From: an uncultured Candidatus Binatia bacterium
Lineage (GTDB): Bacteria; Desulfobacterota; Binatia; UBA9968; JAJDTQ01
Direction: 5' to 3'
Assembly: GCA_964291295.2 (NCBI GenBank)
Contig: OZ219754.1
Coordinates: 3,392,001-3,456,000 of the forward strand
DNA: 64,000 nucleotides
The position numbers and the translations under genes are program-made. Of the stretch, positions 10,244 through 20,940 are shown in pieces. A model generated the notes under the pieces. That model saw nothing but the letters and a program-made list of their open reading frames with translations. It did no database searches and was not told the origin of the DNA. The stretch's first letter is position 1. Every line of letters begins with the position of its first letter.

Positions 10244-11200
10244 ATGGGAAACTTCATGATCTATCTGCAACTGATCGGCGGCTTCGTGCTTCTTCTGGGC
10301 GGAGCGGAATTCCTGGTGCGGGGCGCGGTGCAGCTTGCGGCGCGGCTCGGCATTTCGCCGCTCGTCGTCGGGCTTACCGTGGTCGCCTACTGCACCACCG
10401 TACCGGAGCTGTTCGTCAGCCTGGAGGCGGCGTTCCGGGGCGCGCCCGGAATCGCCATCGGCAATATCGTTGGCAGCAATATCTGCAACCTGCTCCTGAT
10501 CCTGGGCTCGGCGGCCTGCGTGTATCCCATCGCCATCGAACCGCGCGAAGTACGCTTCGAGGGCGCGGCGGTCATGGGCGTGACGCTCCTGTTCCTCGCG
10601 CTCGCCTTGAACGGCAGCCTCAGCCTGTTCGATGGCGTGCTGCTGCTGATCTGCCTTGCAGCCTTCACCGTGCTCTCCTACCGCCGCGCCCGAAGCGGCC
10701 ACGGCGCCCCCGAGGTGGAAGGGACGGAGACGGACCGGGCGCTCTGGATGATGCTCGGCGCCCTAGCCCTGGGCCTCGGCTGCGTCATCGGCGGGTCCAA
10801 CCTGCTGGTCGAGGGAGCCATCGGCCTCGCCCGCGCCATCAACGTCTCGGAGACGGTGATCGGCATCACGGTGGTGGCGGTTGGCACCTCGCTGCCGGAG
10901 CTCGCCACGGCGGTCGTCTCGGCCTATCGACGCCATCCGGAAGTGGCCATGGGCAATGTGCTGGGCGCCAATATCTTCAACCTGCTGGCCATCGGCGGCG
11001 TGGTGGCGACCATCCACCCGCTCGACATTCCGGGGCATCTGCTCGACCTCGCCGTGTGGGTGATGCTGGCCGCGACGGTGGCGCTCGTCTCCTGGCTGAT
11101 GTTCCGAGGCCGGTTCGGGCGTCCGGCAGGCCTGTTGTTCCTCGTCGTCTATGGCGTTTTCGTTGCCGTGGAGTATGGACCCGCGACGGGTGCGGGATAG
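10244..11200 (+). CDS. Calcium/sodium antiporter (YrbG/CaCA family)
   Basis: Two alpha-repeats (CTTVPE...GNIVGSNICN; GTSLPE...GNVLGANIFN), multiple TM helices. Confidence 0.92.
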   Translation: MGNFMIYLQLIGGFVLLLGGAEFLVRGAVQLAARLGISPLVVGLTVVAYCTTVPELFVSLEAAFRGAPGIAIGNIVGSNICNLLLILGSAACVYPIAIEPREVRFEGAAVMGVTLLFLALALNGSLSLFDGVLLLICLAAFTVLSYRRARSGHGAPEVEGTETDRALWMMLGALALGLGCVIGGSNLLVEGAIGLARAINVSETVIGITVVAVGTSLPELATAVVSAYRRHPEVAMGNVLGANIFNLLAIGGVVATIHPLDIPGHLLDLAVWVMLAATVALVSWLMFRGRFGRPAGLLFLVVYGVFVAVEYGPATGAG

Positions 11201-11302
11201 GCGCATGGCGAAAGAACCGGCCGGACTGGAAACGCCGCGGCGCCTGGCCGGGTAGGTGCAGGCGGCCCGCCGGCCGCCGCGCGTCATGCCGGTGCTCCCC
11301 GC

Positions 11303-11947
11303 CTACGCGGACTCCCGCTTGACCAGGATCTTGTCGATGATGTGGTAGTCCAGGGCCATGGAAGCGGTCATGCAGCGGTCCCGCTCCGTATCCCGTTCGA
11401 TGGTCGGGATGGGCTGCCCGGTGTGTTTCGCGAGGATACCGTTGACTTCCTTGCGAACCCGAAGGATCTCCCGCGCGTGGATGTCGATGTCCGCCGCCGA
11501 TCCATGACAGCCCCCAAGGGGCTGGTGAACCATGACCCGGGCGTGAGGCAGCGAGAACCGCTTGCCTGCCTGGCCGGCGGCCAACAGCAAGGCTCCCATG
11601 CTCGCCGCCTCGCCGATGCACACGGTGGCGGCCTCGGGCCGGATGTACTGCATGGTGTCGTAGATGGCCAGGCCGGCCGTCACCTCGCCACCGGGCGAGT
11701 TGATGTAGAGGAAGATGTCCTGCTGGGGGTCTTCGGATTCCAGGTACAGCAACTGGGCCGCGATGCTGTTGGCCACCGGGTCGTCGATCTCTCCCACCAG
11801 GAATACGATACGATCCCGCAGCATGCGCGAGTAGAGGTCGTAGACCCGCTCTCCGCGTCCGCTCTCCTCCACCACCGTGGGGATTTCCCCGCTGACTTCG
11901 CATTGCCGTGAGCTTTTCGCCGGCTGTCGGGCATGCGCACCCGGCAT
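11303..11947 (-). CDS. clpP: ATP-dependent Clp protease proteolytic subunit (start uncertain)
   Basis: [27 protein letters not shown] (Ser), HQP (His), RD (Asp). Confidence 0.9.
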   Translation of the reverse strand: MPGAHARQPAKSSRQCEVSGEIPTVVEESGRGERVYDLYSRMLRDRIVFLVGEIDDPVANSIAAQLLYLESEDPQQDIFLYINSPGGEVTAGLAIYDTMQYIRPEAATVCIGEAASMGALLLAAGQAGKRFSLPHARVMVHQPLGGCHGSAADIDIHAREILRVRKEVNGILAKHTGQPIPTIERDTERDRCMTASMALDYHIIDKILVKRESA

Positions 11948-12256
11948 CGTCGTTGTCCCGGCTTGGTCGTCCTGGCCCGCCAGACTCACGAACTCGCACG
12001 CCGGTCCGGGAACGTCCGCAGCAGAGACCCTCCGCACACCCGGCTCTCCGGTTCCCCGGGCTGAAGCAGCCGTGTCGTCCCGGGCGCGAGCACCTTCTCG
12101 GCCATTCAGAACAGGACACGCGTCCGGCATCGGCAAGCAGCAGCGGGGCGCGGTCGGGCCGGTGCCGATGACCTTCCCGCCGCCCGCTCGCCGGATTCCA
12201 CCGGTGCCTGTCCTGCTGTCGCAACCGGGAATTTGTCGTTACAGTGGGACGATCCC

Positions 12257-13018
12257 ATGCCCGCCGGGAAATCCACTGTGACGGAGACGAAAGAGATGCC
12301 GGAGGACTACAATCTCGAAGGTGCGCCGGAGTCCATGCGCGCGCCCTTGAGGCGCTATGCCGAGACCCTCGGCCAGCTCGCCGGGGACCGCGCCCGGTCG
12401 CTGACCCTGTACGGCGCCATCGCCGTCGGCACCTTCCGTCCCCGGTCTCACACCGCGCGCAGCGTCTTCGTGGTGGACACGGTGGATCTGGACATGCTGC
12501 GGCAGTTGGCGCGCCAAGGCCCCCGCCTGGGGAAGGCGCGCATCGCCGCACCCCTGATCATGACGCCGGAGTATATCAAAGCCTCCCTGGATACCTTTCC
12601 GCTCGAGTTCCTGGAGATCGCCCGGCACCGCATCTGCGTGTTCGGCGACGACTACTTCCGGGAACTGCCGCTGCAGGCCGCCGACGTGAGACACCAGTGC
12701 GAGCGCGAGTTCAAGACCATCCAGATCGGCATGCGGCAGGCGCTGCTGGCGGCGGCGGGGCGGGACAGAACCCTCGGCACCGTGGAAGGGGACGTGGGAG
12801 AACGTCTGTTGCGGTCCTTGGGCGGACTGCTGTGGCTGCGCGGCGATGCTCCGCCCGGGGCGGCGCTGGACATGGTGGCGGCCGTCGAGGAGGGGCTTCG
12901 CCGTTCGCTGCCCGGGGTTCGCAGCGCGGTCGATGACCGCAGTCACCACGGATGGGAAGAGTTCAAGGCCCTCTACGCGGACGTGGATGCCCTGAGGAAT
13001 CACCTTGACGCCTGGTAG
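12257..13018 (+). CDS. Nucleotidyltransferase-like hypothetical protein
   Basis: LTLYGAIAVG (degenerate LYGS), SLDTFPLEFLEI, RHQCERE; co-oriented with TPM and LemA genes. Confidence 0.6.
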   Translation: MPAGKSTVTETKEMPEDYNLEGAPESMRAPLRRYAETLGQLAGDRARSLTLYGAIAVGTFRPRSHTARSVFVVDTVDLDMLRQLARQGPRLGKARIAAPLIMTPEYIKASLDTFPLEFLEIARHRICVFGDDYFRELPLQAADVRHQCEREFKTIQIGMRQALLAAAGRDRTLGTVEGDVGERLLRSLGGLLWLRGDAPPGAALDMVAAVEEGLRRSLPGVRSAVDDRSHHGWEEFKALYADVDALRNHLDAW

Positions 13019-13829
13019 GCCGATTCTTTCCGTAACCGCACTGACGCTGTGCCTTGCCGCAGCGGGCGCGGCCGCCGTCACGATCAGGGACCCGGGAACG
13101 TACGTCGTGGACACCGCCGGCCTCATCGATCCGGCAACCGAACGCAGGATGGAGGGATGGCTGCGTGAACTGGAGCGCAAGACCACGGCCCAAGTCAAGG
13201 TGCTGACCGTGCCCACCACCGGAGAAGAGGACTTCTTTGGCTTCGTGCAGCGTCATGCGGAGGCCTGGAAGCTCGGCCGCGCGGGCAAGGACAACGGCGC
13301 CCTCATCGCTCTGACCCTCAAGGAACGGAGGGTGCGAATCCATACCGGGTACGGCCTGGAGGGCGTGCTGCCCGACTCCTGGGCGGGTACCGCATCCCGG
13401 CGCGTGGCCGCGGATTTCTTCCGGACCGGGAAATACGCCGAAGGGTTGATGGCCCTCACCATTGCCACGGCCAACCGTGTGGCGGAGGCGGCGCGCGTGA
13501 AGCTCACCGGCGCGCCCGAATACCGGCCCCTCGGCGGCCGGCAGCGCGTGACCGGCACCGGCATCGGCGGCGCGCTGATACCGCTGCTGATATTGCTGTT
13601 CTTCCTGAGCTCTCTGAGGCGGCGCCGCCATCGCACGGCCTGGGGCGGCCGGGGGGTCGTCTCCGGCATTCTGTTGGGCGCGGTTCTCGGGAGCCTGCTG
13701 GGGGGAGGAACGCGATCCTGGGGCGCCTCCATGGGCGGTGGCCTGGGCGGTGGTTTCGGGGGCGGCTTCGGGGGATCCTTTGGCGGCGGCGGCGGTTTTG
13801 GCGGCGGCGGGGGCGGAGCCGGGTGGTGA
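13005..13829 (+). CDS. TPM domain (YgcG family) membrane protein
   Basis: YVVDTAGLI, WKLGRAGKDNG, IHTGYGLEGVLPD, Gly-rich FGGGG...GAGW tail. Confidence 0.9.
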   Translation: MTPGRPILSVTALTLCLAAAGAAAVTIRDPGTYVVDTAGLIDPATERRMEGWLRELERKTTAQVKVLTVPTTGEEDFFGFVQRHAEAWKLGRAGKDNGALIALTLKERRVRIHTGYGLEGVLPDSWAGTASRRVAADFFRTGKYAEGLMALTIATANRVAEAARVKLTGAPEYRPLGGRQRVTGTGIGGALIPLLILLFFLSSLRRRRHRTAWGGRGVVSGILLGAVLGSLLGGGTRSWGASMGGGLGGGFGGGFGGSFGGGGGFGGGGGGAGW

Positions 13830-13839
13830 GGCCAAGGCC

Positions 13840-13862
13840 AGGGCGGGTTTGAAAACCGCCCC
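13840..13862. repeat. REP-like palindrome
   Basis: GGGCGGGTTTGAAAACCGCCCC intergenic hairpin. Confidence 0.4.
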
Positions 13863-13911
13863 GGCATGACCGATAATCACGGATGATGGCGGACGCGCAA
13901 GGAGAACAGGC

Positions 13912-14484
13912 TTGAGTGCATCGAGGATTCTTCTGGTGGTGCTGGCGGCGGCCGCGGGCCTGGTCCTGCTGGCGGGAGGCTGCGTCCTCAACGGATACAA
14001 CCGCGCCATCACGCTGGACGAAGGGGTCCGGAACCAGTGGGCGCAGGTGGAAAACCAGCTCCAGCGCCGCTTCGAACTGATCCCCAACCTGGTGGAGACG
14101 GTCAAGGGCGTCGCCGGGCAGGAAGAGAAGATCTTCCTGGGAGTGGCCAACGCCCGCAAGGCCTATTTCCAGGCCTCCACCGTCAACCAGAAGGCCCAGG
14201 CCGCCGTCGGCTTCGAGCGCGCGCTGTCCCGCCTGCTGGTATTGCAGGAGCGGTATCCGCAACTCAAGTCCAACCAGTCCTTCCTGAAACTCCAGGACCA
14301 GATCGAAGGCACCGAGAACCGCCTGGCGGTGGAGCGGAAGCGGTTCAACGACCGGGTGACCGCGGTCAACACCTTCGTCCGCAAACTGCCGGGGCGCTTC
14401 TACGCAGGGCTCGCGGGAGTGGAAAAAGCCGAATATTTCGCGGTGGAGGAAGCGGCCCGGGAAACGCCGAGAGTCAGCTTCTGA
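13912..14484 (+). CDS. lemA: LemA family protein
   Basis: YN...WAQVENQLQRRFELIPNLVETVKG, ERYPQLKSNQSFLKLQDQIEGTENR. Confidence 0.95.
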   Translation: MSASRILLVVLAAAAGLVLLAGGCVLNGYNRAITLDEGVRNQWAQVENQLQRRFELIPNLVETVKGVAGQEEKIFLGVANARKAYFQASTVNQKAQAAVGFERALSRLLVLQERYPQLKSNQSFLKLQDQIEGTENRLAVERKRFNDRVTAVNTFVRKLPGRFYAGLAGVEKAEYFAVEEAARETPRVSF

Positions 14485-14643
14485 TCCGCCGACCCGAGTG
14501 AAACGACCCTGCAGCCGGTCCGACTCCCAAGACCGGCCCGCCGAACAGGTTACAGCACCCCCGGACTCGCGATTTGCCGCGTGGCTCGAATACGGAGGCG
14601 CTCCGCGGACGGTTTCGAGACCTGCGCCCTCGCGCGTACGCCG

Positions 14644-17412
14644 TCAGCGGTTCGAGGGCCGCCGCGAGAGCGGCTCCACCCTTGCCGCGCAGAGCTTGTA
14701 CTCGGGAATCTTGCCGTAGGGATCCAGGGCCGGGTTGGTCAGAAGGTTGACCGCCGCCTCGGCAAAACAGAACGGAATGAAGACGCAGCCGTCGGGGACG
14801 GCGCTGTCGGCCCGCGACTTGATCTCGATGACGCCGCGGCGGGTGGAGACGCGCACCGGCTCCCCGGGAGTCACGCCCAGCCCGCGCAGTTCCTTGGGAG
14901 ACAGGCTGGCCACCGCCTCCGGCTCGAGTTCGTCCAGCACCGCCGCGCGGCGGGTGATGGCGCCCGTGTGCCAGTGCTCCAACTGGCGCCCGGTGGTCAG
15001 GATCATCGGGAATGCGTCGTCGGGCTGCTCGTCCGGCGGTATGATGTCCGCGGGCACGAGCCGGCCCCTTCCCGTATCCGTGGGAAAGCCGTCGCCGAAC
15101 ACCACCTCGGTGCCCGGCTGATCCGGGCCCGGGCACGGATAGGTCACCGAGCTGTCCCGTTGCAGCCGTTCCCAGGTTATGTGGTCCAGGGACGGCATGA
15201 TCTGCTTCATCTCGGCGAACACGTCGGCCGGCCCGGCGTAGTCCCAATCAAGGCCCATGCGGCGCGCCAGCTCCTGGATGATCCACCAGTCCTGCCGGAC
15301 TCCGGCCGGCGGCCGCAAGGCGGCCCGCCCCATCTGCACCTGGCGGTTGCTGTTGGTGACGGTGCCGGTCTTTTCCGGCCATGCCGAAGCCGGCAGCACC
15401 ACGTCCGCATGAAACGCCGTTTCGGTCAGGAAGATCTCCTGCACCACCAGGTGTTCCAGCCTGGCCAGTCCTTCCCGCGCGTGTTGGACATCGGGGTCCG
15501 ACATGGCCGGGTTCTCCCCCATGATGTAGATGCCCTTGATGCGGCCGGCGTGCACGGCGTCCATGATCTCCATCACCGTAAGCCCTTGCCGCGGGTCCAG
15601 GGCCATGTCCCAGACTTCCTCGAAACGCCGGCGCGTCTCCACCACCTCCACGGAGCGGTAGTCCGGATAGAACATCGGGATGAGGCCCGCGTCGGAGGCG
15701 CCCTGCACGTTGTTCTGGCCGCGCAACGGGTGGAGCCCGGTGCCGCGGCGGCCCACCTGGCCCGTGATCAACGCCAGGGCGATGAGGCAGCGGGCGTTGT
15801 CGGTGCCGTGGACGTGCTGGGAGATGCCCATGCCCCAGAAGATCATCGCCGCCCTGGCGCGCGCATAGAGACGCGCCACCGAACGGAGGGTGCCCGGGTC
15901 GATGCCGCAGACTTCCGACATGGCCTCGGGAGTGAACGCCGCCACGTGTCGTCTCAGCTCCTCGAAACCTTCCGTGTGGGCGGCCACGTAGTCGTGGTCG
16001 TAGAGCGCTTCGTCCACGATGACGTGGAGCAGCGCGTTGAGCAGGGCCACGTCGGTGCCCGGCGTGAACCGAAGCATCCAGTCGGCGTGCCGGTGCAGGG
16101 CATGACCCCGGGGATCCATCACGATGAGCGTCGCACCGCGCCGGGCGGCCTGCTTGAAATAGGTGGCCGCCACCGGATGGTTCTCCGTCGGATTGGCGCC
16201 GATGACGACGATGACATCCGAGTCCTCGCAGGCGGTGAAGGGCGCGGTCACCGCGGCGGAGCCGATCCCTTCCATCAGCGCCGCCACCGAGGAGGCATGG
16301 CAGAGGCGGGTGCAATGGTCCACGTTGTTGGTGCCGAAGCCCGTGCGCACGAGCTTCTGAACGAGGTAGGCCTCCTCGTTGGAGCCCTTGGCGGACCCGT
16401 AGCCCGCCAGGGCGTTGCCGCCGTCCCGGTCCCGTATCCGCCGGAATCCCGCAGCCGCGGCGTCCAATGCCTCTTCCCAGGTCGCCTCGCGGAAGTGGTC
16501 GCGGGGATCCGCCGGGTCCACGTCGGCCAAGGCATCCTTGGGCGCGTCGCGGCGTCGAATCAGCGGGACGGTGAGCCGGTGGCGGTGGCGGACGTAGTCG
16601 AAGCCGAACCGACCCTTGACGCACAGGCGGCCACGGTTGGACGGTCCGTCGCGTCCCTCCACCGCCACGATGGCGTTGTCCTTGACGCGATAGCCGATCT
16701 GGCAACCCACACCACAATAGGGGCAGACGCTGGGAACCTCGGCGAGGACCTCCCTCTTGTCCACCCCGGCCTCATCCACCAGCGCCGCGGGCATCAGGGC
16801 GCCGGTGGGACACGCCTGCACGCACTCGCCACAGGCCACGCAGGTGCTCTCGCCCATGGGATCGTCGAAGTCGAACACCACCTTGGCGTCACTGCCGCGC
16901 CCGGCCATGCCCATGACATCGTTCACCTGTACCTCGCGGCAGGCGCGCACGCACAGGGTGCAGTGAATGCAGGCGTCCAGCGCCACCCGCATGGCCGGGT
17001 GGCTGGCGTCGGCGGCGGGAGCCGGACGAGCCGGGAAGCGGCTGGCGGTCACCTCCAGCCGCTCGGCCCACTGCCACAGGCGGGACCGTGCATCGTGGGC
17101 CGCCTCGCGTCCGGGCTGGTCCGTCACCAAAAGCTCCAGCACCATCCGGCGCGCCCTCCGGGCGCGTTCGCTGTCCGTGCGCACCATCATGCCGGCGGTG
17201 GGGCGCCGGATGCACGAAGCCGCCAACACCCGCTCCCCTTCCACTTCCACCATGCACGCCCGGCAGTTTCCGTCGGGCCTGTAGCCGGACCGCGGGTCGT
17301 GGCACAGGTGCGGCAGCCGGGTGCCGTTCCGTTCCGCCACCTGCCAGAGGGTCTCGCCGCCGGCCGCCTCCACTTCCCGGTCGTCGAGAGTGAACCGCAC
17401 ACGCCCGCTCAC
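14644..17412 (-). CDS. fdhF: NAD-dependent formate dehydrogenase alpha subunit (Cys-type, Mo/W-bisPGD)
   Basis: N-terminal 2Fe-2S and 4Fe-4S motifs, CPYCGVGC, LCVKGRFG, HCTRLCHASS, LRGQNNVQG; GTGA overlap with the upstream gene. Confidence 0.92.
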   Translation of the reverse strand: MSGRVRFTLDDREVEAAGGETLWQVAERNGTRLPHLCHDPRSGYRPDGNCRACMVEVEGERVLAASCIRRPTAGMMVRTDSERARRARRMVLELLVTDQPGREAAHDARSRLWQWAERLEVTASRFPARPAPAADASHPAMRVALDACIHCTLCVRACREVQVNDVMGMAGRGSDAKVVFDFDDPMGESTCVACGECVQACPTGALMPAALVDEAGVDKREVLAEVPSVCPYCGVGCQIGYRVKDNAIVAVEGRDGPSNRGRLCVKGRFGFDYVRHRHRLTVPLIRRRDAPKDALADVDPADPRDHFREATWEEALDAAAAGFRRIRDRDGGNALAGYGSAKGSNEEAYLVQKLVRTGFGTNNVDHCTRLCHASSVAALMEGIGSAAVTAPFTACEDSDVIVVIGANPTENHPVAATYFKQAARRGATLIVMDPRGHALHRHADWMLRFTPGTDVALLNALLHVIVDEALYDHDYVAAHTEGFEELRRHVAAFTPEAMSEVCGIDPGTLRSVARLYARARAAMIFWGMGISQHVHGTDNARCLIALALITGQVGRRGTGLHPLRGQNNVQGASDAGLIPMFYPDYRSVEVVETRRRFEEVWDMALDPRQGLTVMEIMDAVHAGRIKGIYIMGENPAMSDPDVQHAREGLARLEHLVVQEIFLTETAFHADVVLPASAWPEKTGTVTNSNRQVQMGRAALRPPAGVRQDWWIIQELARRMGLDWDYAGPADVFAEMKQIMPSLDHITWERLQRDSSVTYPCPGPDQPGTEVVFGDGFPTDTGRGRLVPADIIPPDEQPDDAFPMILTTGRQLEHWHTGAITRRAAVLDELEPEAVASLSPKELRGLGVTPGEPVRVSTRRGVIEIKSRADSAVPDGCVFIPFCFAEAAVNLLTNPALDPYGKIPEYKLCAARVEPLSRRPSNR

Positions 17413-19112
17413 GACAGCTCCTCCCGGAAGTAGCGGAATGCGCAACGCACCGAGTTGGGAGCGGCCTGGCCGAGGCCGCAGATGGATGCGTCCGCCATCA
17501 CCTCGCCCAGCGCCTCCAGCAACGGCTCATCCCACGAAGGCCGTTCCAGGAGCGCCACCGCCTTCTCCGTGCCGGTACGGCACGGGGTGCACTGCCCGCA
17601 GCTCTCGTGTCGGAAGAACCGCATCAGATTGCGCACCACGGCCCGGACGTCGTCCTGGTCGCTCAACACCACCACGCCGTGGGAACCCACGAAACAGCCG
17701 TGCGGCTCCAGAGAGCCGAACCGGAGCGGAAGGTCGGCCATGGAGGCGGGCAGCATCCCGCCCGAGGCGCCGCCGGGAAGGTAGCCCTTCAAGCGGTGGC
17801 CGGGCCGCATGCCGCCGCAGTACGCCTCCACCAGGTCACGCAGCGTGATCCCGGCGGGAGCAATCTTCACGCCCGGTTGTGCCACCCGGCCCGATACCGA
17901 CCAGGCATGCAGGCCGACGCCGCCGTTGCGGCCCTGGGCCGCGAACCATTCCGGTCCCCGCTCGACGATATCCCGGATCCAGTAAAGGGTCTCGACGTTC
18001 TGCACCAGGGTGGGGCGCCCGAACAGGCCGGTCTCGGCGACATAGGGCGGCCGGTGCCGCGGCAGCCCGCGCTTGCCCTCGATGCTCTCGATCATGGCCG
18101 ACTCTTCGCCGCAGATATAGGCTCCGGCGCCCCGGCGCAGATGGAACGCCACGTGGGCGTCGAGTCCCGCTTGCCGCAGCCGGGGCCACTCCCGCGACAG
18201 GATCTCCCGAATCTCGGCGTACTCGTCCCGCAGATAGATGTAGACGGCTTCCGCTTCCACCGTCCAGGCCGCCACCAGCGCGCCTTCCAGGAACCGGTGC
18301 GGATCGCTCTCCATGAAATAGCGGTCCTTGAAGGTGCCCGGCTCGCCCTCGTCCGCGTTCACGGTCATGAGCCTGGGGCCGGGATGGCCGCGCACGGTCT
18401 GCCACTTGCGGCCGGTGGGGAAGCCGGCGCCACCCAAGCCGCGCAGGCCCGACGCCACGACCTTGTCCAGCACCTCCTCCCGCGTGCGTCCGTCTCCGAG
18501 ACACGCCTTCAGCAACGCATAACCACCCTCCGCCGCGTACGCGTCATAGTCCTTGTACGGCGGCGGCGCCGCCTCGGTCTGCCGCCGCCGGACCGCCGCC
18601 GCCACCCGGTCCGCGGTGGCTTCGAACAGCGTGTGCCGCTCCACCCGGGCCACCGGGGCGCGGTCGCAACCGCCCATGCACGGCCCCGGCGTCACCCGGA
18701 CGCCCTTCCCCAGCGCACCGGGAAGCTCCGCCAGCAGCCCGGGCGCCCCCATCATCTCGCACACGAGCCCGTCGCACACCCTCACGGTCATGTCGGGCAC
18801 CGGCGCCGCCGCCTCCCGGGCGACCTCGAAGTGGGCATAGAAAGTCGCCACCTCGTAGACCTCCGCCAGGGCCAGGCGCATCTCCTCCGCCAACGCCGCC
18901 AGGTGAGCCGCGGTCAACACATGGTAGCGGTCCTGGAGAAGGTGAAGGTGCTCGATCAGGAGGTCACGGCGCCGCGGCCGATCCCCCAGCAAGGCCCGCA
19001 CCTGCTCCAACGCCTCGGGTTCGACCTGGCGCCCTCTCGGGCGGTTGCGCCCGCGGCCGCGCCCGGAGCCGGGATGCCGGCGCCGCGGTGTCGTCGACTG
19101 CGGGTCCGCCAT
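17409..19112 (-). CDS. Formate dehydrogenase diaphorase subunit (NuoE+NuoF-like fusion)
   Basis: EVATFYAHF, GLRGLGGAGFPTGRKW, NADEGEPGTFKDR, YICGEES, ESCGQCTPCR, ICGLG. Confidence 0.92.
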   Translation of the reverse strand: MADPQSTTPRRRHPGSGRGRGRNRPRGRQVEPEALEQVRALLGDRPRRRDLLIEHLHLLQDRYHVLTAAHLAALAEEMRLALAEVYEVATFYAHFEVAREAAAPVPDMTVRVCDGLVCEMMGAPGLLAELPGALGKGVRVTPGPCMGGCDRAPVARVERHTLFEATADRVAAAVRRRQTEAAPPPYKDYDAYAAEGGYALLKACLGDGRTREEVLDKVVASGLRGLGGAGFPTGRKWQTVRGHPGPRLMTVNADEGEPGTFKDRYFMESDPHRFLEGALVAAWTVEAEAVYIYLRDEYAEIREILSREWPRLRQAGLDAHVAFHLRRGAGAYICGEESAMIESIEGKRGLPRHRPPYVAETGLFGRPTLVQNVETLYWIRDIVERGPEWFAAQGRNGGVGLHAWSVSGRVAQPGVKIAPAGITLRDLVEAYCGGMRPGHRLKGYLPGGASGGMLPASMADLPLRFGSLEPHGCFVGSHGVVVLSDQDDVRAVVRNLMRFFRHESCGQCTPCRTGTEKAVALLERPSWDEPLLEALGEVMADASICGLGQAAPNSVRCAFRYFREELS

Positions 19113-19116
19113 CGCC

Positions 19117-20940
19117 TTACGCCTCTCCATGGCCGGCGGGCAGACCCAGCTCCCTGAGCCGCGCCTCGGGGATGTGCCCGCGCACGTCCCACCGCCGGGT
19201 TTCGTAGTAGTCCCGAATCATCTCCCGGAGCTCCGAGCCGGTGAGGCGCGTCCCCCGGGCCACGCCCGTGGCCAGGGACTCCGTGAGCAGCCGGGGCGGC
19301 AGGCCGTCGTCCTCCGGACGCCAGCCTTCGCGCTGGTTGAACCAGCGTTTGAGCGTATGGATGCGCTCTGCGGTACGCCGCAGCTCGTCCGCGGTGTAGT
19401 CCCAGCCCGTGACCTTCGCCAGCAGGTCTGCCGCTTCGGCGTAGAAGTCGTCGAAGCAGCGCCGCAGGAACTTGCACACGATGAGGGAATCCTGCGCGGC
19501 GGCCAGATCTTCCGAAGCCGCCACCAGCGCGCCGCGGCCCGGACCGGACCTCAGCCGGTCCACCTGACCGGAAAAGTCCGCCTCGTAGGCGCCCGAGCGA
19601 TTGTGGCAGGCGCCTCGGGGGCTCACCGCCAGACCCAGCGCCAGGGTCTTGAGGCTGCGGGGCTCGTATCCGGGCAGCTCCAGCCCCTTGACCTGCATGG
19701 CCCAGTCCAGGGAACCGTGGCCCAGCGCCAGCGCCGCCCGCCGGGATCCTTCGGCCAGAAGGTCGCCCACGCCCTGGCGCTCCGCAATGGCCGGTATCGC
19801 CGCCAACACCGCCTCCGTCGCACCGAAGCGCAGGTCGCCGGCCTCCGGCAGAAGGCCCCGCTCCACGCACTCCATGGCCCAGGCCAGGGTGCCGCCGGTG
19901 CTGATGCTGTCAAGCCCGTACGCGTCGCAAAGGCGTGCCGCTTCCAGCACCGCCTCCGGCTCCTCAAGGCCGCACAGCGGCCCCAGGGCGAACAGCGTCT
20001 CGTACTCCATGCGCTGCTCGGTGCCGGACAACGACTTGAAAAGCCGTTCGCAACGGATCGTGCAGGAGGCGCAGCCGTGCCGGCGGCTGAAGCTGTTCTC
20101 CATCAGGCTCTCGCCGCTGAGCGCTTCGGCGCCCTCGAAGGTCGGCTGCCGGAAGTTGCGCGTGGGCAGCGCGCCGAGCCGGTCGAAAACGGCCAGATTG
20201 GCCACGGTGCCGATCTCCCGATACTTGGCGGTATGCTCCCCCAGGCTCCGCTTCCGCAGGTCGGCGGCCGCGGCCGCCACTCCTCGGGGATCCGCCACCG
20301 TCACCCGGGCGTTGCCCGACAATGCCACGGCCTTGAGGTTCTTGGACCCCATGACCGCTCCCACGCCGCCCCGGCCCGCATGCCGGCCCTCGTTGCTGAT
20401 GGTGGCGAAACGCACGCCGTTCTCGCCGGCGACGCCGACCGCGGCCACCCGCGCCGCGTCGTTGCCGGCCTCCGCACAGACCGCGGTCTCGGTGTCGGCG
20501 GCGCTTCGTCCCCGGAGATGGCGCGCGTCCCGCAACTCCACGGCGCCGTTGCCGATGAACAGCCAGGACGGGCTCCGGGCCCTGCCCGTGATGACCAGCG
20601 CGTCCACGCCCACGGCCTTGAGCTCCAGCGCGAAGTGGCTGGAGGACAGCGAATCGGCAATGAAGCCGGTGAGGGGCGACTTGGTCACCACCGCGTACTT
20701 GGCGGTGGTGGTGAGTCCGGTTCCCGCCAACGGCGCGCTGGTGAAGATCAGCGGATTTTCCGGCGCCAGGGGCTCCACGCCGGGAAGCGCCAGGTCGTAA
20801 AGCAGGCTCGTGCCGAGACCGATGCCGCCGAGAAAGGCCCGAAGGCGGTGCTCTCCGGTCTCCCGCCAGCGGTGGCGGCCGGTATCCAGGTCCACGTGCA
20901 GCCACCTGTCGTGAAACCCGTGCACATCATCCTCCGGCAT
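19117..20940 (-). CDS. aor: Aldehyde:ferredoxin oxidoreductase family (tungstoenzyme)
   Basis: KSPLTG, GRGGVGAVMGSKNLKA, GCASCTIRC, EYET, DAYGLDSIS, VKGLELPGYEPR, RGACH. Confidence 0.92.
   Translation of the reverse strand: MPEDDVHGFHDRWLHVDLDTGRHRWRETGEHRLRAFLGGIGLGTSLLYDLALPGVEPLAPENPLIFTSAPLAGTGLTTTAKYAVVTKSPLTGFIADSLSSSHFALELKAVGVDALVITGRARSPSWLFIGNGAVELRDARHLRGRSAADTETAVCAEAGNDAARVAAVGVAGENGVRFATISNEGRHAGRGGVGAVMGSKNLKAVALSGNARVTVADPRGVAAAAADLRKRSLGEHTAKYREIGTVANLAVFDRLGALPTRNFRQPTFEGAEALSGESLMENSFSRRHGCASCTIRCERLFKSLSGTEQRMEYETLFALGPLCGLEEPEAVLEAARLCDAYGLDSISTGGTLAWAMECVERGLLPEAGDLRFGATEAVLAAIPAIAERQGVGDLLAEGSRRAALALGHGSLDWAMQVKGLELPGYEPRSLKTLALGLAVSPRGACHNRSGAYEADFSGQVDRLRSGPGRGALVAASEDLAAAQDSLIVCKFLRRCFDDFYAEAADLLAKVTGWDYTADELRRTAERIHTLKRWFNQREGWRPEDDGLPPRLLTESLATGVARGTRLTGSELREMIRDYYETRRWDVRGHIPEARLRELGLPAGHGEA

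Noticed and set aside
11948-12136. Long N-terminal extension of ClpP
   Set aside because: Low-complexity open frame without a clear RBS; the start cannot be fixed from the sequence alone
13735-13829. GGC-rich repeat
   Set aside because: It is the normal Gly-rich tail of TPM-domain proteins
16290-16325. Selenocysteine in formate dehydrogenase
   Set aside because: The active site reads RLCH with a Cys codon and the ORF is uninterrupted
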